Of a stretch of 34,633 nucleotides of DNA, positions 19,935 through 29,215 are shown in pieces. This DNA comes from Betaproteobacteria bacterium (GTDB lineage Bacteria > Pseudomonadota > Gammaproteobacteria > Burkholderiales > SG8-41), in NCBI GenBank assembly GCA_043752435.1, contig JAYUYQ010000096.1:1-34633 (forward strand), in the 5' to 3' direction. Both the position numbers and the translations under genes were made by a program. How positions within the stretch are numbered: position 1 is the stretch's first letter; each line of letters starts with the position of its first letter. A model generated the notes under the pieces. The model made no database searches and was not told the DNA's origin. It saw nothing but the letters and a program-made list of their open reading frames with translations.

Positions 19935-20360
19935 ATGAAAGCACGCATCAAGTGGATCGAAAATGTCAGTTTTGTCGCTGAGTCGGGCAGCGGCCATGCG
20001 CTGGTGATTGATGGCGCACCGGAAGGCGGCGGCCGCGACTTGGGGCCACGACCCATGGAAGTAGTGCTGATGGGCACCGGCGGCTGCACCGCCTATGACG
20101 TCATGCACATCCTGCGCAAATCACGCGCACCGGTCACCGATTGCGTGCTGGAAATCGACTCCGAACGCGCCGCCGAAGATCCCAAGGTGTTCACCAAAAT
20201 CCATTTCCACTTCATCATCACCGGCAAGGGTCTGAAGGCCGCACAGGTTGAGCGCGCAGTGCATCTGTCAGCGGAAAAATACTGTTCGGCGTCGATCATG
20301 CTGGGCAAGACCGCGGCGATCACTCACGACTTTGAAATCCGCGAAGCGGAAGCTGATTGA
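19935..20360 (+). CDS. OsmC family protein (YhfA-like)
   Basis: SGSGH, GPRPME, GGCTAYDV and SAEKYCSAS motifs. Confidence 0.9.
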   Translation: MKARIKWIENVSFVAESGSGHALVIDGAPEGGGRDLGPRPMEVVLMGTGGCTAYDVMHILRKSRAPVTDCVLEIDSERAAEDPKVFTKIHFHFIITGKGLKAAQVERAVHLSAEKYCSASIMLGKTAAITHDFEIREAEAD

Positions 20361-20437
20361 GAATCCCCAAAAACATGACAGCCTTGTCAGAAGCCTGTTT
20401 TTGTCATCATTCAGGCAGTTCTCAATAATCATTCCGC

Positions 20438-21064
20438 CTACACCAGGAACGAAGCCCCGGTCATCACCTTAGATGACGCCTGCATCACCGCCTTGACCGG
20501 CGCTGGCAGTTCCGCGCCGCCATGCTGTCGCGCACTGCGGGCATGGCGTGCTTCGTCGGCGCACATCTGCTTTACGATCGCGCGGCTTTTCTGATCGGTC
20601 TCCGGTAGACGCGCGAGATGGCCTTCAAGATGTTGTTCGACCTGGCGTTCCGTTTCCGCCAGAAATCCAAGATTCCATTTGTCGCCCAATGCGCCCGCAG
20701 CCGCACCGATGGCGAAGGAACCGGCATACCACAGCGGATTCAGCAGGCTCTTGCGGCCACCCAGTTCGGCGATACGTTTCTCGGTCCACGCCAGATGTTC
20801 AGTTTCCTCCTGCGCCGCCGCTTCCAGTGCAGCCCGCGCGCCTGAATCGCGCGCGGTCAGCGCCTGGCCCTGATAGAGGGCCTGGGCGCAAATTTCGCCG
20901 CTATGATTGACACGCATCAGTGCCGCCGAGAGCGCGCGTTGCGCAGCATCCATGTCGGCATCCACCAAGTTTGCGCCGGGCATCGTGCGCGTGCTGCGCG
21001 CCGGCGCAAACAACGTGCGCAGGCCCTTGTCGAAACCGATGATCAGTTCGTCGATGCGCAGCAT
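20438..21064 (-). CDS. coq7: Demethoxyubiquinone hydroxylase (di-iron, Coq7)
   Basis: [33 protein letters not shown] and DEARH di-iron motifs. Start is 21064 (ATG) or 21070 (TTG). Confidence 0.94.
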   Translation of the reverse strand: MLRIDELIIGFDKGLRTLFAPARSTRTMPGANLVDADMDAAQRALSAALMRVNHSGEICAQALYQGQALTARDSGARAALEAAAQEETEHLAWTEKRIAELGGRKSLLNPLWYAGSFAIGAAAGALGDKWNLGFLAETERQVEQHLEGHLARLPETDQKSRAIVKQMCADEARHARSARQHGGAELPAPVKAVMQASSKVMTGASFLV

Positions 21065-21066
21065 GT

Positions 21067-21864
21067 TCAAGCCGCCTTTCCAAACAAACGTTCCAGTTCC
21101 GCCCCGGGGTCGGCGGCGCGCATGAACGCTTCTCCGACGAGGAAACCGTGCACGGCGTGGGCGCGCATTTTCTCCACATCCTGCGGCTTGAGAATGCCGC
21201 TTTCGGTAATCACCAGACGTTCCGCCGGGATTTTTTGCAACAGACCCAAAGTGGTTTCGAGGGTCGTCTCAAAGGTGCGCAGATTACGGTTGTTGACGCC
21301 GATCAATGGAGTTTTGAGTGCCAGTGCCGCGTCGAGTTCAGCGCCATCATGTATTTCGACCAGCACCGCCATGCCCAGTTCGTGGGCCGTGGCTTCGAGT
21401 TCGAGCATGCGCCCGGCTTCCAGCGCAGCAACGATCAGCAGAATGCAGTCAGCCCCGGCAGCGCGTGCCTCGTAGACCTGGTACGGATCCATCATGAAAT
21501 CCTTGCGCAGCACCGGCAGCTTGCAGGCGCCACGCGCGGCTTTAAGGTCCGCCAGCTTGCCCTGGAAAAACTGATGGTCGGTCAAAACCGACAGGCAGGC
21601 CGCGCCGTGGCGCTCGTAGGTGGCGGCAATTGCCGCTGGATCAAACTGTTCGCGCAACACACCTTTGCTCGGACTGGCTTTTTTGACCTCGGCAATCACC
21701 GCCGGTTTGCCGGCAGCGATTTTGGCACGCAGTGCACCGGCAAAGTCGCGTGCCGGCGCTGTGGCTCGTGCCGCCGCCTGCATCTGCGCCAAAGACACCT
21801 CTGCCTGCGCCGCACTAATTTCCTGCGCTTTGACTGCGAGTATGCGTTGCAGGATGTCAGCCAT
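21067..21864 (-). CDS. trpC: Indole-3-glycerol phosphate synthase
   Basis: [29 protein letters not shown] and ESGI motifs. ATG at 21864 overlaps the trpD end. Confidence 0.97.
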   Translation of the reverse strand: MADILQRILAVKAQEISAAQAEVSLAQMQAAARATAPARDFAGALRAKIAAGKPAVIAEVKKASPSKGVLREQFDPAAIAATYERHGAACLSVLTDHQFFQGKLADLKAARGACKLPVLRKDFMMDPYQVYEARAAGADCILLIVAALEAGRMLELEATAHELGMAVLVEIHDGAELDAALALKTPLIGVNNRNLRTFETTLETTLGLLQKIPAERLVITESGILKPQDVEKMRAHAVHGFLVGEAFMRAADPGAELERLFGKAA

Positions 21865-22894
21865 GGTTTTTGGTGAAGGCCACGAACTGATCGAGTTTCT
21901 GTCGCGCCGCGCCACTCTCGAGTACAGCCTGCGCTTTTTTGACACCATCGACCAATGTGAGGGCCAGTCCGGCAATATAAATACTCGCGCCGGCATTCAA
22001 CGCTACGATGTCGCGTGCCGCACCCGGCTTGTTGTCCAGCGCACTGAGCAACATGTCACGCGACTGCTCGATACCTTCAACGCGAATCGCCGCGTTATTG
22101 TGGGTTTTCAGCCCGACATCGGCCGGCGCCACCATGTATTCGCGCACCTGCCCGTCTTTCAGTTCGCTGACCGCCGTCGGCCCGCTGATCGACAGTTCGT
22201 CGAGGCCTTCCAGCCCGTGCACGATCATCACGCGACGGCTGCCCAGTCGCTGCAACACACGCGCCTGTATGCCGACCAGATCGGAATGGAACACACCCAT
22301 CACCTGCTGCTTTGCACCCGCCGGATTGGTCAGCGGTCCGAGGATATTGAATATGGTTTTGACGCCGAGTTCACGGCGCACCGGCGCTGCATGTTTCATT
22401 GCACTGTGGTGGTTAGGTGCAAACATGAAACCGATCCCGGTTGCGGCAAGCGACTCTGCCACGGCCTCCGGTTTCAGGTTGATGTTCACGCCGAGCAATT
22501 CCAATACGTCAGCGCTGCCGGATTTGCTGGAAACCGAACGGCCACCGTGCTTGGCGATTTTTGCGCCGGCAGCGGCAGCAACAAACATCGCTGCCGTCGA
22601 CACGTTGAAGGTATGTGCAGAATCACCGCCGGTGCCACAGGTGTCGATCAGTTCCGGCACGTCGGGCACCGGCACCGCAGTGGCAAATTCGCGCATCACC
22701 GTGGCAGCAGCGGCAATTTCGCCAATGGTTTCCTTTTTAACGCGCAACCCGGAGATGATTGCGGCAATCAGCACCGGCGACACTTCGCCGCTCATGATCT
22801 GCCGCATCAACGACAGCATCTCGTCGTGGAAAATCTCACGGTGTTCGATGATGCGCGCCAAGGCCTCCTGCGGTTTCATCACCGTATCGGTCAT
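21857..22894 (-). CDS. trpD: Anthranilate phosphoribosyltransferase
   Basis: [28 protein letters not shown] and [10 protein letters not shown] motifs. Confidence 0.97.
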   Translation of the reverse strand: MTDTVMKPQEALARIIEHREIFHDEMLSLMRQIMSGEVSPVLIAAIISGLRVKKETIGEIAAAATVMREFATAVPVPDVPELIDTCGTGGDSAHTFNVSTAAMFVAAAAGAKIAKHGGRSVSSKSGSADVLELLGVNINLKPEAVAESLAATGIGFMFAPNHHSAMKHAAPVRRELGVKTIFNILGPLTNPAGAKQQVMGVFHSDLVGIQARVLQRLGSRRVMIVHGLEGLDELSISGPTAVSELKDGQVREYMVAPADVGLKTHNNAAIRVEGIEQSRDMLLSALDNKPGAARDIVALNAGASIYIAGLALTLVDGVKKAQAVLESGAARQKLDQFVAFTKNHG

Positions 22895-23460
22895 CGTTTT
22901 TCCTCGAGGAAATTCTTCAGCATCTGGTGGCCATGCTCGGTCAGTATCGATTCCGGGTGAAACTGCACGCCCTCGACCGTCAGCGTTTTGTGGCGCACAC
23001 CCATGATTTCTCTGTCGTCAGTCCACGCCGTCACTGCCAGGCAATCGGGCAGGCTGCTGCGCTCAATCACCAGCGAATGGTAACGCGTTGCCGCAAACGG
23101 CCGCGGCAATCCGCGAAACACCCCTGCGCCCTCGTGCTGGATCGGTGACGTCTTTCCGTGCATCAGCTGCCGGGCATGGACGATTTTGCCGCCGAACGCC
23201 TGGCCGATGCTCTGGTGGCCAAGGCAGACACCGAGAATGGGGATTTTCCCGGCAAATTCCTTGATCAGCGGCACCGAGACGCCCGCTTCGTTCGGCGTAC
23301 ACGGCCCGGGTGACACGACAATGCGTGCCGGCTTGAGCCGCGCAATATCCGCGAGTGTGATTTCGTCGTTGCGGTGCACAGCGACGTCCTCGCCGAGCTC
23401 ACCGAAATACTGCACCAGGTTGTAAGTGAAGGAATCGTAATTATCGATCATCAGTAACAT
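22891..23460 (-). CDS. trpG: Anthranilate synthase component II (glutamine amidotransferase)
   Basis: [29 protein letters not shown] and QFHPES motifs. Confidence 0.95.
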   Translation of the reverse strand: MLLMIDNYDSFTYNLVQYFGELGEDVAVHRNDEITLADIARLKPARIVVSPGPCTPNEAGVSVPLIKEFAGKIPILGVCLGHQSIGQAFGGKIVHARQLMHGKTSPIQHEGAGVFRGLPRPFAATRYHSLVIERSSLPDCLAVTAWTDDREIMGVRHKTLTVEGVQFHPESILTEHGHQMLKNFLEEKR

Positions 23461-23470
23461 GGCGATTCCC

Positions 23471-24961
23471 TCAGTCCAGACCGTGCGTATCTAATCGGGT
23501 ATCCAGGCCGGCTTCGGCGATTTCAGCGGCGCGCAGCAGGGCCCGCGCCTTGCTCTGGGTTTCCTGCCATTCGGCTTCCGGCTGCGAATCGGCAACCACG
23601 CCGCCACCCGCCTGCACATGCAGACGGCCGTCCTTGATCACCGCGGTACGCAAGGCAATCGCCACGTCCATGTTGCCGTGAAACCCGAGATAACCGACGG
23701 CGCCGGCATAAATGCTGCGTTTGACCGGCTCCAGCTCGTCGATGATTTCCATCGCCCGCACCTTGGGCGCGCCCGACACCGTGCCCGCCGGGAATGTCGC
23801 GCGCAGCACATCGATCGCGTTGAGCCCCGGCTTCAGTTTTGCCTCGACACTGGACACGATGTGCATCACATGGGAATAACGCTCGATGATCATCTGCTCG
23901 GTGACTTTGACGCTGCCGGTTTGGGCGACTCGTCCCGCGTCATTGCGACCGAGGTCAACCAGCATCAGGTGTTCGGCGCGCTCCTTGGCGTCCGCCAGCA
24001 ATTCAGTCGCCAGCGCGGCATCTTCTTCCGGTGTGGCGCCGCGGCGGCGCGTGCCGGCGATGGGCCGCACCGTGACCACATCGCCTTCCAGCCGCGCGAG
24101 GATTTCCGGGGAAGCGCCGACCACATGAAAGTCGCCAAAATTGAATGAGAACATGTACGGCGAAGGATTCAACGCACGCAGCGCACGGTAAAGTGACAGC
24201 GGCGAGGCGTGAAAAGGCTTGCTCATGCGCTGCGACGGCACCACCTGCATGATGTCGCCTTCAAATATGTATTTTTTCGCGCGCTCCACCGCTTTGTAAT
24301 AGGCCACCTCGCCAAATCCGGATACTGCAGGCTCGGATTGGGTCGGCGCGCTTTCCGGCAGTTTCACGGGCGCGCGCAGTTTTTCCAACAGCACCGCCAG
24401 CCGCGCACGCGCCGCGGCATACGCACCGGGTTTGCCCGGCTCGGCATACACCACCAGCGACAGCTTGCCCGACAGGTTGTCGACGATGGCAATTTCTTCG
24501 GACACCAGCAGCAGGATGTCCGGTGTGCCCAGTTCGTCGGGTTTGTCGCTGCGGGCGAGCCGTTTTTCGATGTAACGCACGGTGTCGTAGCCGAAATAAC
24601 CGACCAGTCCGCCGCAGAACCGTGGCAAGCGCGGATCGGTCGCGACTTTGAAGCGCTGCAGATAATTTTCGACGAAGGCCAGCGGGTCATCGGCTTCTTC
24701 GCGCAGTGTCTCGACCCCATCACGGACCTCGATACAGCTGTGGTCACGCACTTCGATGCGAGCGGCGGCGGCGAGGCCGATGAAGGAATAACGTCCGAAA
24801 CGCTCACCCCCGACCACCGATTCCAGCAAATAGCTGTACGGCTGGTTGGCGAGCTTCAGGTAGATCGACAGCGGCGTGTCGAGGTCGGCAAAGGTTTCGA
24901 GCACCACCGGCACACGATTGTAACCCGCGGCGGCGAGTCGATCGAATTCAGCTTCAGTCAT
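23471..24961 (-). CDS. trpE: Anthranilate synthase component I
   Basis: [35 protein letters not shown] and GTVSGAPK motifs. ATG at 24961 lies 6 nt after a GGAG. Confidence 0.97.
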   Translation of the reverse strand: MTEAEFDRLAAAGYNRVPVVLETFADLDTPLSIYLKLANQPYSYLLESVVGGERFGRYSFIGLAAAARIEVRDHSCIEVRDGVETLREEADDPLAFVENYLQRFKVATDPRLPRFCGGLVGYFGYDTVRYIEKRLARSDKPDELGTPDILLLVSEEIAIVDNLSGKLSLVVYAEPGKPGAYAAARARLAVLLEKLRAPVKLPESAPTQSEPAVSGFGEVAYYKAVERAKKYIFEGDIMQVVPSQRMSKPFHASPLSLYRALRALNPSPYMFSFNFGDFHVVGASPEILARLEGDVVTVRPIAGTRRRGATPEEDAALATELLADAKERAEHLMLVDLGRNDAGRVAQTGSVKVTEQMIIERYSHVMHIVSSVEAKLKPGLNAIDVLRATFPAGTVSGAPKVRAMEIIDELEPVKRSIYAGAVGYLGFHGNMDVAIALRTAVIKDGRLHVQAGGGVVADSQPEAEWQETQSKARALLRAAEIAEAGLDTRLDTHGLD

Positions 24962-25014
24962 GTCTTGCTCCACAAATCATTACGAGTACGAAACAACAGC
25001 CCGGCAAAATACGA

Positions 25015-25092
25015 TCAGCAACGCCAATCGCAACGCCAGCGCTGGCCATCAGCGGCAATTTCGGACTTCGTGGAGCAGATCGGAGAAGACAC
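25015..25092 (-). CDS. Putative trp leader peptide, 25 aa (MSSPICSTKSEIAADGQRWRCDWRC)
   Basis: GTG start 2 nt after the gph stop with AAGG upstream, two TGG codons among the last 7 codons, directly upstream of trpE. Too short for the ORF track. Confidence 0.6.
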   Translation of the reverse strand: MSSPICSTKSEIAADGQRWRCDWRC

Positions 25093-25094
25093 GA

Positions 25095-25781
25095 TTAACC
25101 TTTTATAATCAACGGGATACACTCCGTCAGCGCGCCTACTATAGCATCAACATCGAGGCTCTGCACAGCCAGCCCCTCGTTGTAGCCATAGGGCACACAG
25201 AATACCGGACATCCCGCCGCGCGCGCCGCCTGCGCGTCATTCACCGAGTCGCCAATCATCAGCATGCGCTCGGGCGCAACACCAAACTGCGCGCAGGCAT
25301 GCAGCAACTGCATGGGATCGGGCTTTTTGCGCGCCAGTGTGTCGCCGGAAATGGTTTGTGCAAAAAAATGGGCCATGCCCATGCGCTCCAGCAACGGCAG
25401 CGTGAACGCAGCGGATTTGTTGGTAACACAGGCCAGCGGGAAGCCGCCGGCGCGGAATTGCTCCAATCCTTCTCGGACACCGGGATACACCGTCGTGTAA
25501 CGGCCGTTGACTTCGGTGTAAAAACGCTCGAACACCGGCAACGCCTCGGCCATCGCCGCAGCTTCAGTATCGCCGTCGATGTCGCGGGCCAGCGCGCGCT
25601 CAACCAGACGCGGGATGCCCTTGCCGACGAAGCTGCGCACGGCGTCCAGCGGCAGCGGCGCGTGGCCCAGCGCCTCCAGCATCAGGTTGGTCGCAGCGGC
25701 CAGGTCAGGGATCGTATCGAGCAGGGTGCCGTCGAGATCGATCATCACGGCCTGCACGGCAATCGGAAACGTTTTTTTCAT
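25095..25781 (-). CDS. gph: Phosphoglycolate phosphatase (HAD family)
   Basis: DLDGTLLDT, VTNK, KKPDP, IGDS.ND and YGYN motifs. rpe-gph-trpE gene order. Confidence 0.94.
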   Translation of the reverse strand: MKKTFPIAVQAVMIDLDGTLLDTIPDLAAATNLMLEALGHAPLPLDAVRSFVGKGIPRLVERALARDIDGDTEAAAMAEALPVFERFYTEVNGRYTTVYPGVREGLEQFRAGGFPLACVTNKSAAFTLPLLERMGMAHFFAQTISGDTLARKKPDPMQLLHACAQFGVAPERMLMIGDSVNDAQAARAAGCPVFCVPYGYNEGLAVQSLDVDAIVGALTECIPLIIKG

Positions 25782-25847
25782 GATTCAGCTGCAGAAAACG
25801 GCAGGGCAACGCGGCTCACCGGCCGCGACGCCGCACTACCGGAGAGT

Positions 25848-26510
25848 TCAGGATTTGGCGAGCGCTGCGCGCATCGCCGCGATGGTGGTCTTGTAGTCCT
25901 TGGTACCGAATATTGCCGAGCCCGCGACAAAGGTATCCGCCCCGGCTTTGGCGATTTCCGCGATGTTGTCGGCTTTGACGCCGCCATCCACCTCCAGCCA
26001 GATGTCACGGCCGCTCTGATCAATGCGTTTGCGCACGGCAGCGAGCTTGACCAGCGCACCCGGAATGAACGCCTGTCCGCCGAACCCGGGATTCACCGAC
26101 ATGATCAGCACCAGATCAAGTTTGTCGAGCACGTGATCGAGATAATCCAGAGGCGTCGCCGGATTGAACACCAAGCCGGCCTTGCAGCCATGTTCCTTGA
26201 TCAGGCTGATGGTACGATCAATGTGTTCAGACGCTTCCGGGTGGAAGGAAATGATGTTGGCGCCGGCTTTGGCGAAATCCGGCACGATGCGGTCCACCGG
26301 CTTCACCATCAGGTGCACGTCGATGGGCACCTTGACCAGCGGGCGGATGGCCTGGCACACCAGCGGCCCGATGGTCAGGTTGGGCACGTAGTGATTGTCC
26401 ATCACGTCAAAATGGATCAGGTCGGCGCCGGCAGCGACCACCGCCTGCACTTCTTCACCGAGGCGGGCAAAGTCGGCAGACAGGATGCTGGGCGCAAGGC
26501 GATGGGTCAT
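25848..26510 (-). CDS. rpe: Ribulose-phosphate 3-epimerase
   Basis: [41 protein letters not shown] and VAGSAIF motifs. Confidence 0.97.
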   Translation of the reverse strand: MTHRLAPSILSADFARLGEEVQAVVAAGADLIHFDVMDNHYVPNLTIGPLVCQAIRPLVKVPIDVHLMVKPVDRIVPDFAKAGANIISFHPEASEHIDRTISLIKEHGCKAGLVFNPATPLDYLDHVLDKLDLVLIMSVNPGFGGQAFIPGALVKLAAVRKRIDQSGRDIWLEVDGGVKADNIAEIAKAGADTFVAGSAIFGTKDYKTTIAAMRAALAKS

Positions 26511-26548
26511 GGCTGAATCCAGATCAATGACAGTGAATAGCAACGGGG

Positions 26549-26597
26549 TGATTCTACCCGTTTCAGCCATTGTATCGACGGCATGATTCTACCCGTT
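26549..26597 (-). repeat. 14-bp direct repeat, each copy containing a -10-like TAGAAT facing rpe
   Basis: TGATTCTACCCGTT at 26549-26562 and 26584-26597 (minus strand AACGGGTAGAATCA). Confidence 0.7.
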
Positions 26598-26666
26598 ACC
26601 GCCGTTTTCTACGTGTGCACAGATGCAGAACTTCCGCAGGCGCTCCGCGGATGCGAGAATACGGCC

Positions 26667-27047
26667 ATGACCGCACACAAATATCAAATCACCGTCGCAC
26701 CGCGCGCGACCTACATCGCTGAACAATCCGATGCCGATGCCGATCGTTACGCGTTTGCCTACACCATCACCATCACCAACACCGGCGAAGTGCCGGCGCA
26801 ACTGCTGAGCCGCCATTGGATCATCACCGACGCCAACAACCTGGTGCAGGAAGTCAAAGGCCAGGGCGTGGTCGGCGCGCAGCCGAAACTGAAACCCGGT
26901 GAAAGTTTCGAATACACCAGCGGTTCGGTGCTGACGACGCCAGTGGGTACCATGCGCGGGGCCTACCAGATGCTGGCCGAGGATGGCACGCGTTTTGACG
27001 CGACCATCCCGGAGTTTGCGCTGTCCGTGCCCCGCGTGTTGCACTGA
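26667..27047 (+). CDS. apaG: ApaG protein
   Basis: FAYTITI.N.G, QLLSRHWIITD, G.GVVG.QP, FEYTSG and PRVLH motifs. Confidence 0.96.
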   Translation: MTAHKYQITVAPRATYIAEQSDADADRYAFAYTITITNTGEVPAQLLSRHWIITDANNLVQEVKGQGVVGAQPKLKPGESFEYTSGSVLTTPVGTMRGAYQMLAEDGTRFDATIPEFALSVPRVLH

Positions 27048-27064
27048 CCTGCGTTCCCTGCGGC

Positions 27065-27802
27065 ATGTCCCTTCGTTCCAGTTACACGCTGATCGCACCG
27101 TTTTATGATTGGCTGGTCGGTCCGGCGCTTGGCCAGGCGCGTGCCAGAAGCCTCGCGCGTCTGCCCCGCGCCGGGAACGCGCACATCCTCCTCAACGGTA
27201 TCGGCACCGGACTCGACCTGCCGCTGCTGCCGGCCACGCATCGCTACACTGCGCTCGACCTGACTCGCGCCATGCTGGACCGGGCTCTGCCGCGCGGCAG
27301 CCATCTCGACCTGCACTGGACGCAGGGTGACAGCCAGCAGCTACCGTTCCGCAGCGGGGCATTCGATCATGTATTGCTGCACCTGATCCTCGCCATCGTG
27401 CCCGACACCTGCGCCGCGCTGCGCGAAGCCGCGCGCGTGGTCAAGGTCGGCGGACGGTTGTTCATACTCGATAAATTCCTGCGGCAGGGCGAATCCGCCT
27501 GGCTGCGGCGCATGATCAATCCGCTGACACGGCGCATCGCCACGCGCACCAATGTTGTGTTCGAGGACGCGCTGGCCGGAGTCAGCGGGCTGCGGCTGAT
27601 CGACGATCAGCCGGCGCTGGCCGGCGGCTGGTTCCGGATGATTACGCTGGAGAAAACCGCAGATCAGGACTTGTCGGATTCGTCCGTATCGTCATCCTCG
27701 CGGCGCGGCCAGGTCAGCCAGATGATGCCGCCCAGCAATGCCACCGCCACCGAGGCCTCAATCAGATACCACATCAATCCGGTCATTGCTTGCGTCCTGT
27801 GA
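27065..27802 (+). CDS. Class I SAM-dependent methyltransferase (phospholipid N-methyltransferase-like) with a probably extended tail
   Basis: Y...APFYD, GIGTGLDL, DLT.AML, GD...LPF..FD, LHLILAIVP and DKF motifs. Confidence 0.8.
   Translation: MSLRSSYTLIAPFYDWLVGPALGQARARSLARLPRAGNAHILLNGIGTGLDLPLLPATHRYTALDLTRAMLDRALPRGSHLDLHWTQGDSQQLPFRSGAFDHVLLHLILAIVPDTCAALREAARVVKVGGRLFILDKFLRQGESAWLRRMINPLTRRIATRTNVVFEDALAGVSGLRLIDDQPALAGGWFRMITLEKTADQDLSDSSVSSSSRRGQVSQMMPPSNATATEASIRYHINPVIACVL
27664..27786 (-). CDS. Putative 40-aa single-TM small protein (MTGLMWYLIEASVAVALLGGIIWLTWPRREDDDTDESDKS)
   Basis: AGGA RBS 8 nt before the ATG, one hydrophobic helix followed by WPRR and an acidic tail, GC-rich third positions. 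Confidence 0.65.
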   Translation of the reverse strand: MTGLMWYLIEASVAVALLGGIIWLTWPRREDDDTDESDKS

Positions 27803-27809
27803 ATTGCTG

Positions 27810-29126
27810 ATGCATCGCACCGACTTTAACAAATTACCGCTGTCTACCAAGGGGACTTCCTCCGGGGCGCCCCCCAAGGGGACTTCCTCCGGGGCGCGTG
27901 GAACGATCGCTGCCGTGATTGTGATGCTGATCATGGCCGCCTGCCGCTCAACACCGGAAAATTCCGTCGCGCCGCCAGCCGCCCCCCCGGTGCTGGCGCC
28001 GCTTCCACAACAACCGGCGCCACCAACAGAACCGCCTTCTGCAATCACACCAGTTCCGGCGCCACCCGCTGGCAACCATCTGCGCCGCGGTCAGTGGACA
28101 GAACTGCCCGGCTGGCGAGACGATGATCCAGCCGCGGCATGGGACGCGCTGCTGGCCAGTTGCGGCCCCCTCAAAAAACAGGAGACCTGGCGTACGGTCT
28201 GCGCCAGCGCGTTGGCCGCATCGCGCCCGGATCGCGAACGCGCCCGGCGTTTTTTCGAATTGAATTTCATACCGTACCAGCTACTGCAAGCCGATGGCGG
28301 CACTGACGGCCTCGCCACCGGTTATTACGAACCTCTGCTGCGCGGCAGCCGCAAACCGACCGCGCGTTTCCGTTATCCAATCTATGGCGCGCCCGATGAC
28401 CTGATCAGCATTGATCTGCCGGCCTTCGGCGTCGAGTCACGCGAATCACGATTGCGCGGGCGACTCGACGGCAAACGCGTGCTGCCGTATTTCGATCGCG
28501 CACAAATCGAATCCGCTACAGCGCCACTGCGCGGCCGCGAAATCGCCTGGGTCGACGATCCGGTGGAACTGTTCTTTCTGCAGATCCAGGGCTCGGGTCG
28601 CCTTGATCTCGAGGGTGGCGGTGTCATGCGCGTGGGGTTTGCCGACCATAACGGGCATCCCTACCGCTCCATCGGCCGCCTGCTGATCGACCGCGGCGAA
28701 CTGGCGGCGGAGCGCGCATCGATGCAGGGCATCAAGGCCTGGGCGCAGCAGAACCCGGACAAACTGCGCGAAGTGCTGGACTACAACCCGCGCTACATTT
28801 TTTTCCGTGAATTGCCGCCGGGCATCGGCGGACCGCTGGGCGCACTGGGCGTGCCACTGACCGCACGCCGCTCGATTGCCGTCGACCCGCGTTTCATACC
28901 ACTCGGCGCGCCGGTGTTTCTCGCCACGACCTGGCCGCTCAGCAGCAAACCACTGAACCAGTTGATGCTTGCCCAAGACACCGGCTCAGCCATCCGCGGT
29001 GCGGTGCGCGCCGATTTTTTCTGGGGCTATGGCGATGACGCCGGACGCGAAGCCGGTCGCATGAAGCAGGCGTTGCGGATGTGGGTTTTATTGCCCCAGG
29101 GCTATCCGGTCACGGCGGCAGAGTAG
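27810..29126 (+). CDS. mltA: Membrane-bound lytic murein transglycosylase A (lipoprotein)
   Basis: Lipobox MAA-C, Pro-rich linker, TGYYEP, FFLQIQGSG, NPRYIFF, SIAVDP and AQDTGSAIRG..RADFFWG motifs. Start is uncertain. Confidence 0.93.
   Translation: MHRTDFNKLPLSTKGTSSGAPPKGTSSGARGTIAAVIVMLIMAACRSTPENSVAPPAAPPVLAPLPQQPAPPTEPPSAITPVPAPPAGNHLRRGQWTELPGWRDDDPAAAWDALLASCGPLKKQETWRTVCASALAASRPDRERARRFFELNFIPYQLLQADGGTDGLATGYYEPLLRGSRKPTARFRYPIYGAPDDLISIDLPAFGVESRESRLRGRLDGKRVLPYFDRAQIESATAPLRGREIAWVDDPVELFFLQIQGSGRLDLEGGGVMRVGFADHNGHPYRSIGRLLIDRGELAAERASMQGIKAWAQQNPDKLREVLDYNPRYIFFRELPPGIGGPLGALGVPLTARRSIAVDPRFIPLGAPVFLATTWPLSSKPLNQLMLAQDTGSAIRGAVRADFFWGYGDDAGREAGRMKQALRMWVLLPQGYPVTAAE
27847..27897 (+). 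repeat. Tandem perfect 24-bp direct repeat with 27-bp period
   Basis: CCAAGGGGACTTCCTCCGGGGCGC at 27847-27870 and 27874-27897, encoding KGTSSGA twice. Confidence 0.92.
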
Positions 29127-29215
29127 CCCGATACGCTTGAAGTAAGCGCCTGCTCACTGGAGAGTTAAATGTAACTATTTGTTTTTATTGTGTTTTTTAA
29201 TGCCCCGCCGGCGCA

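Noticed and set aside
27847-27897. Direct repeat considered as a mini-CRISPR array
   Set aside because: Only two copies with a 3-bp gap, inside a CDS, and no cas genes in the window.
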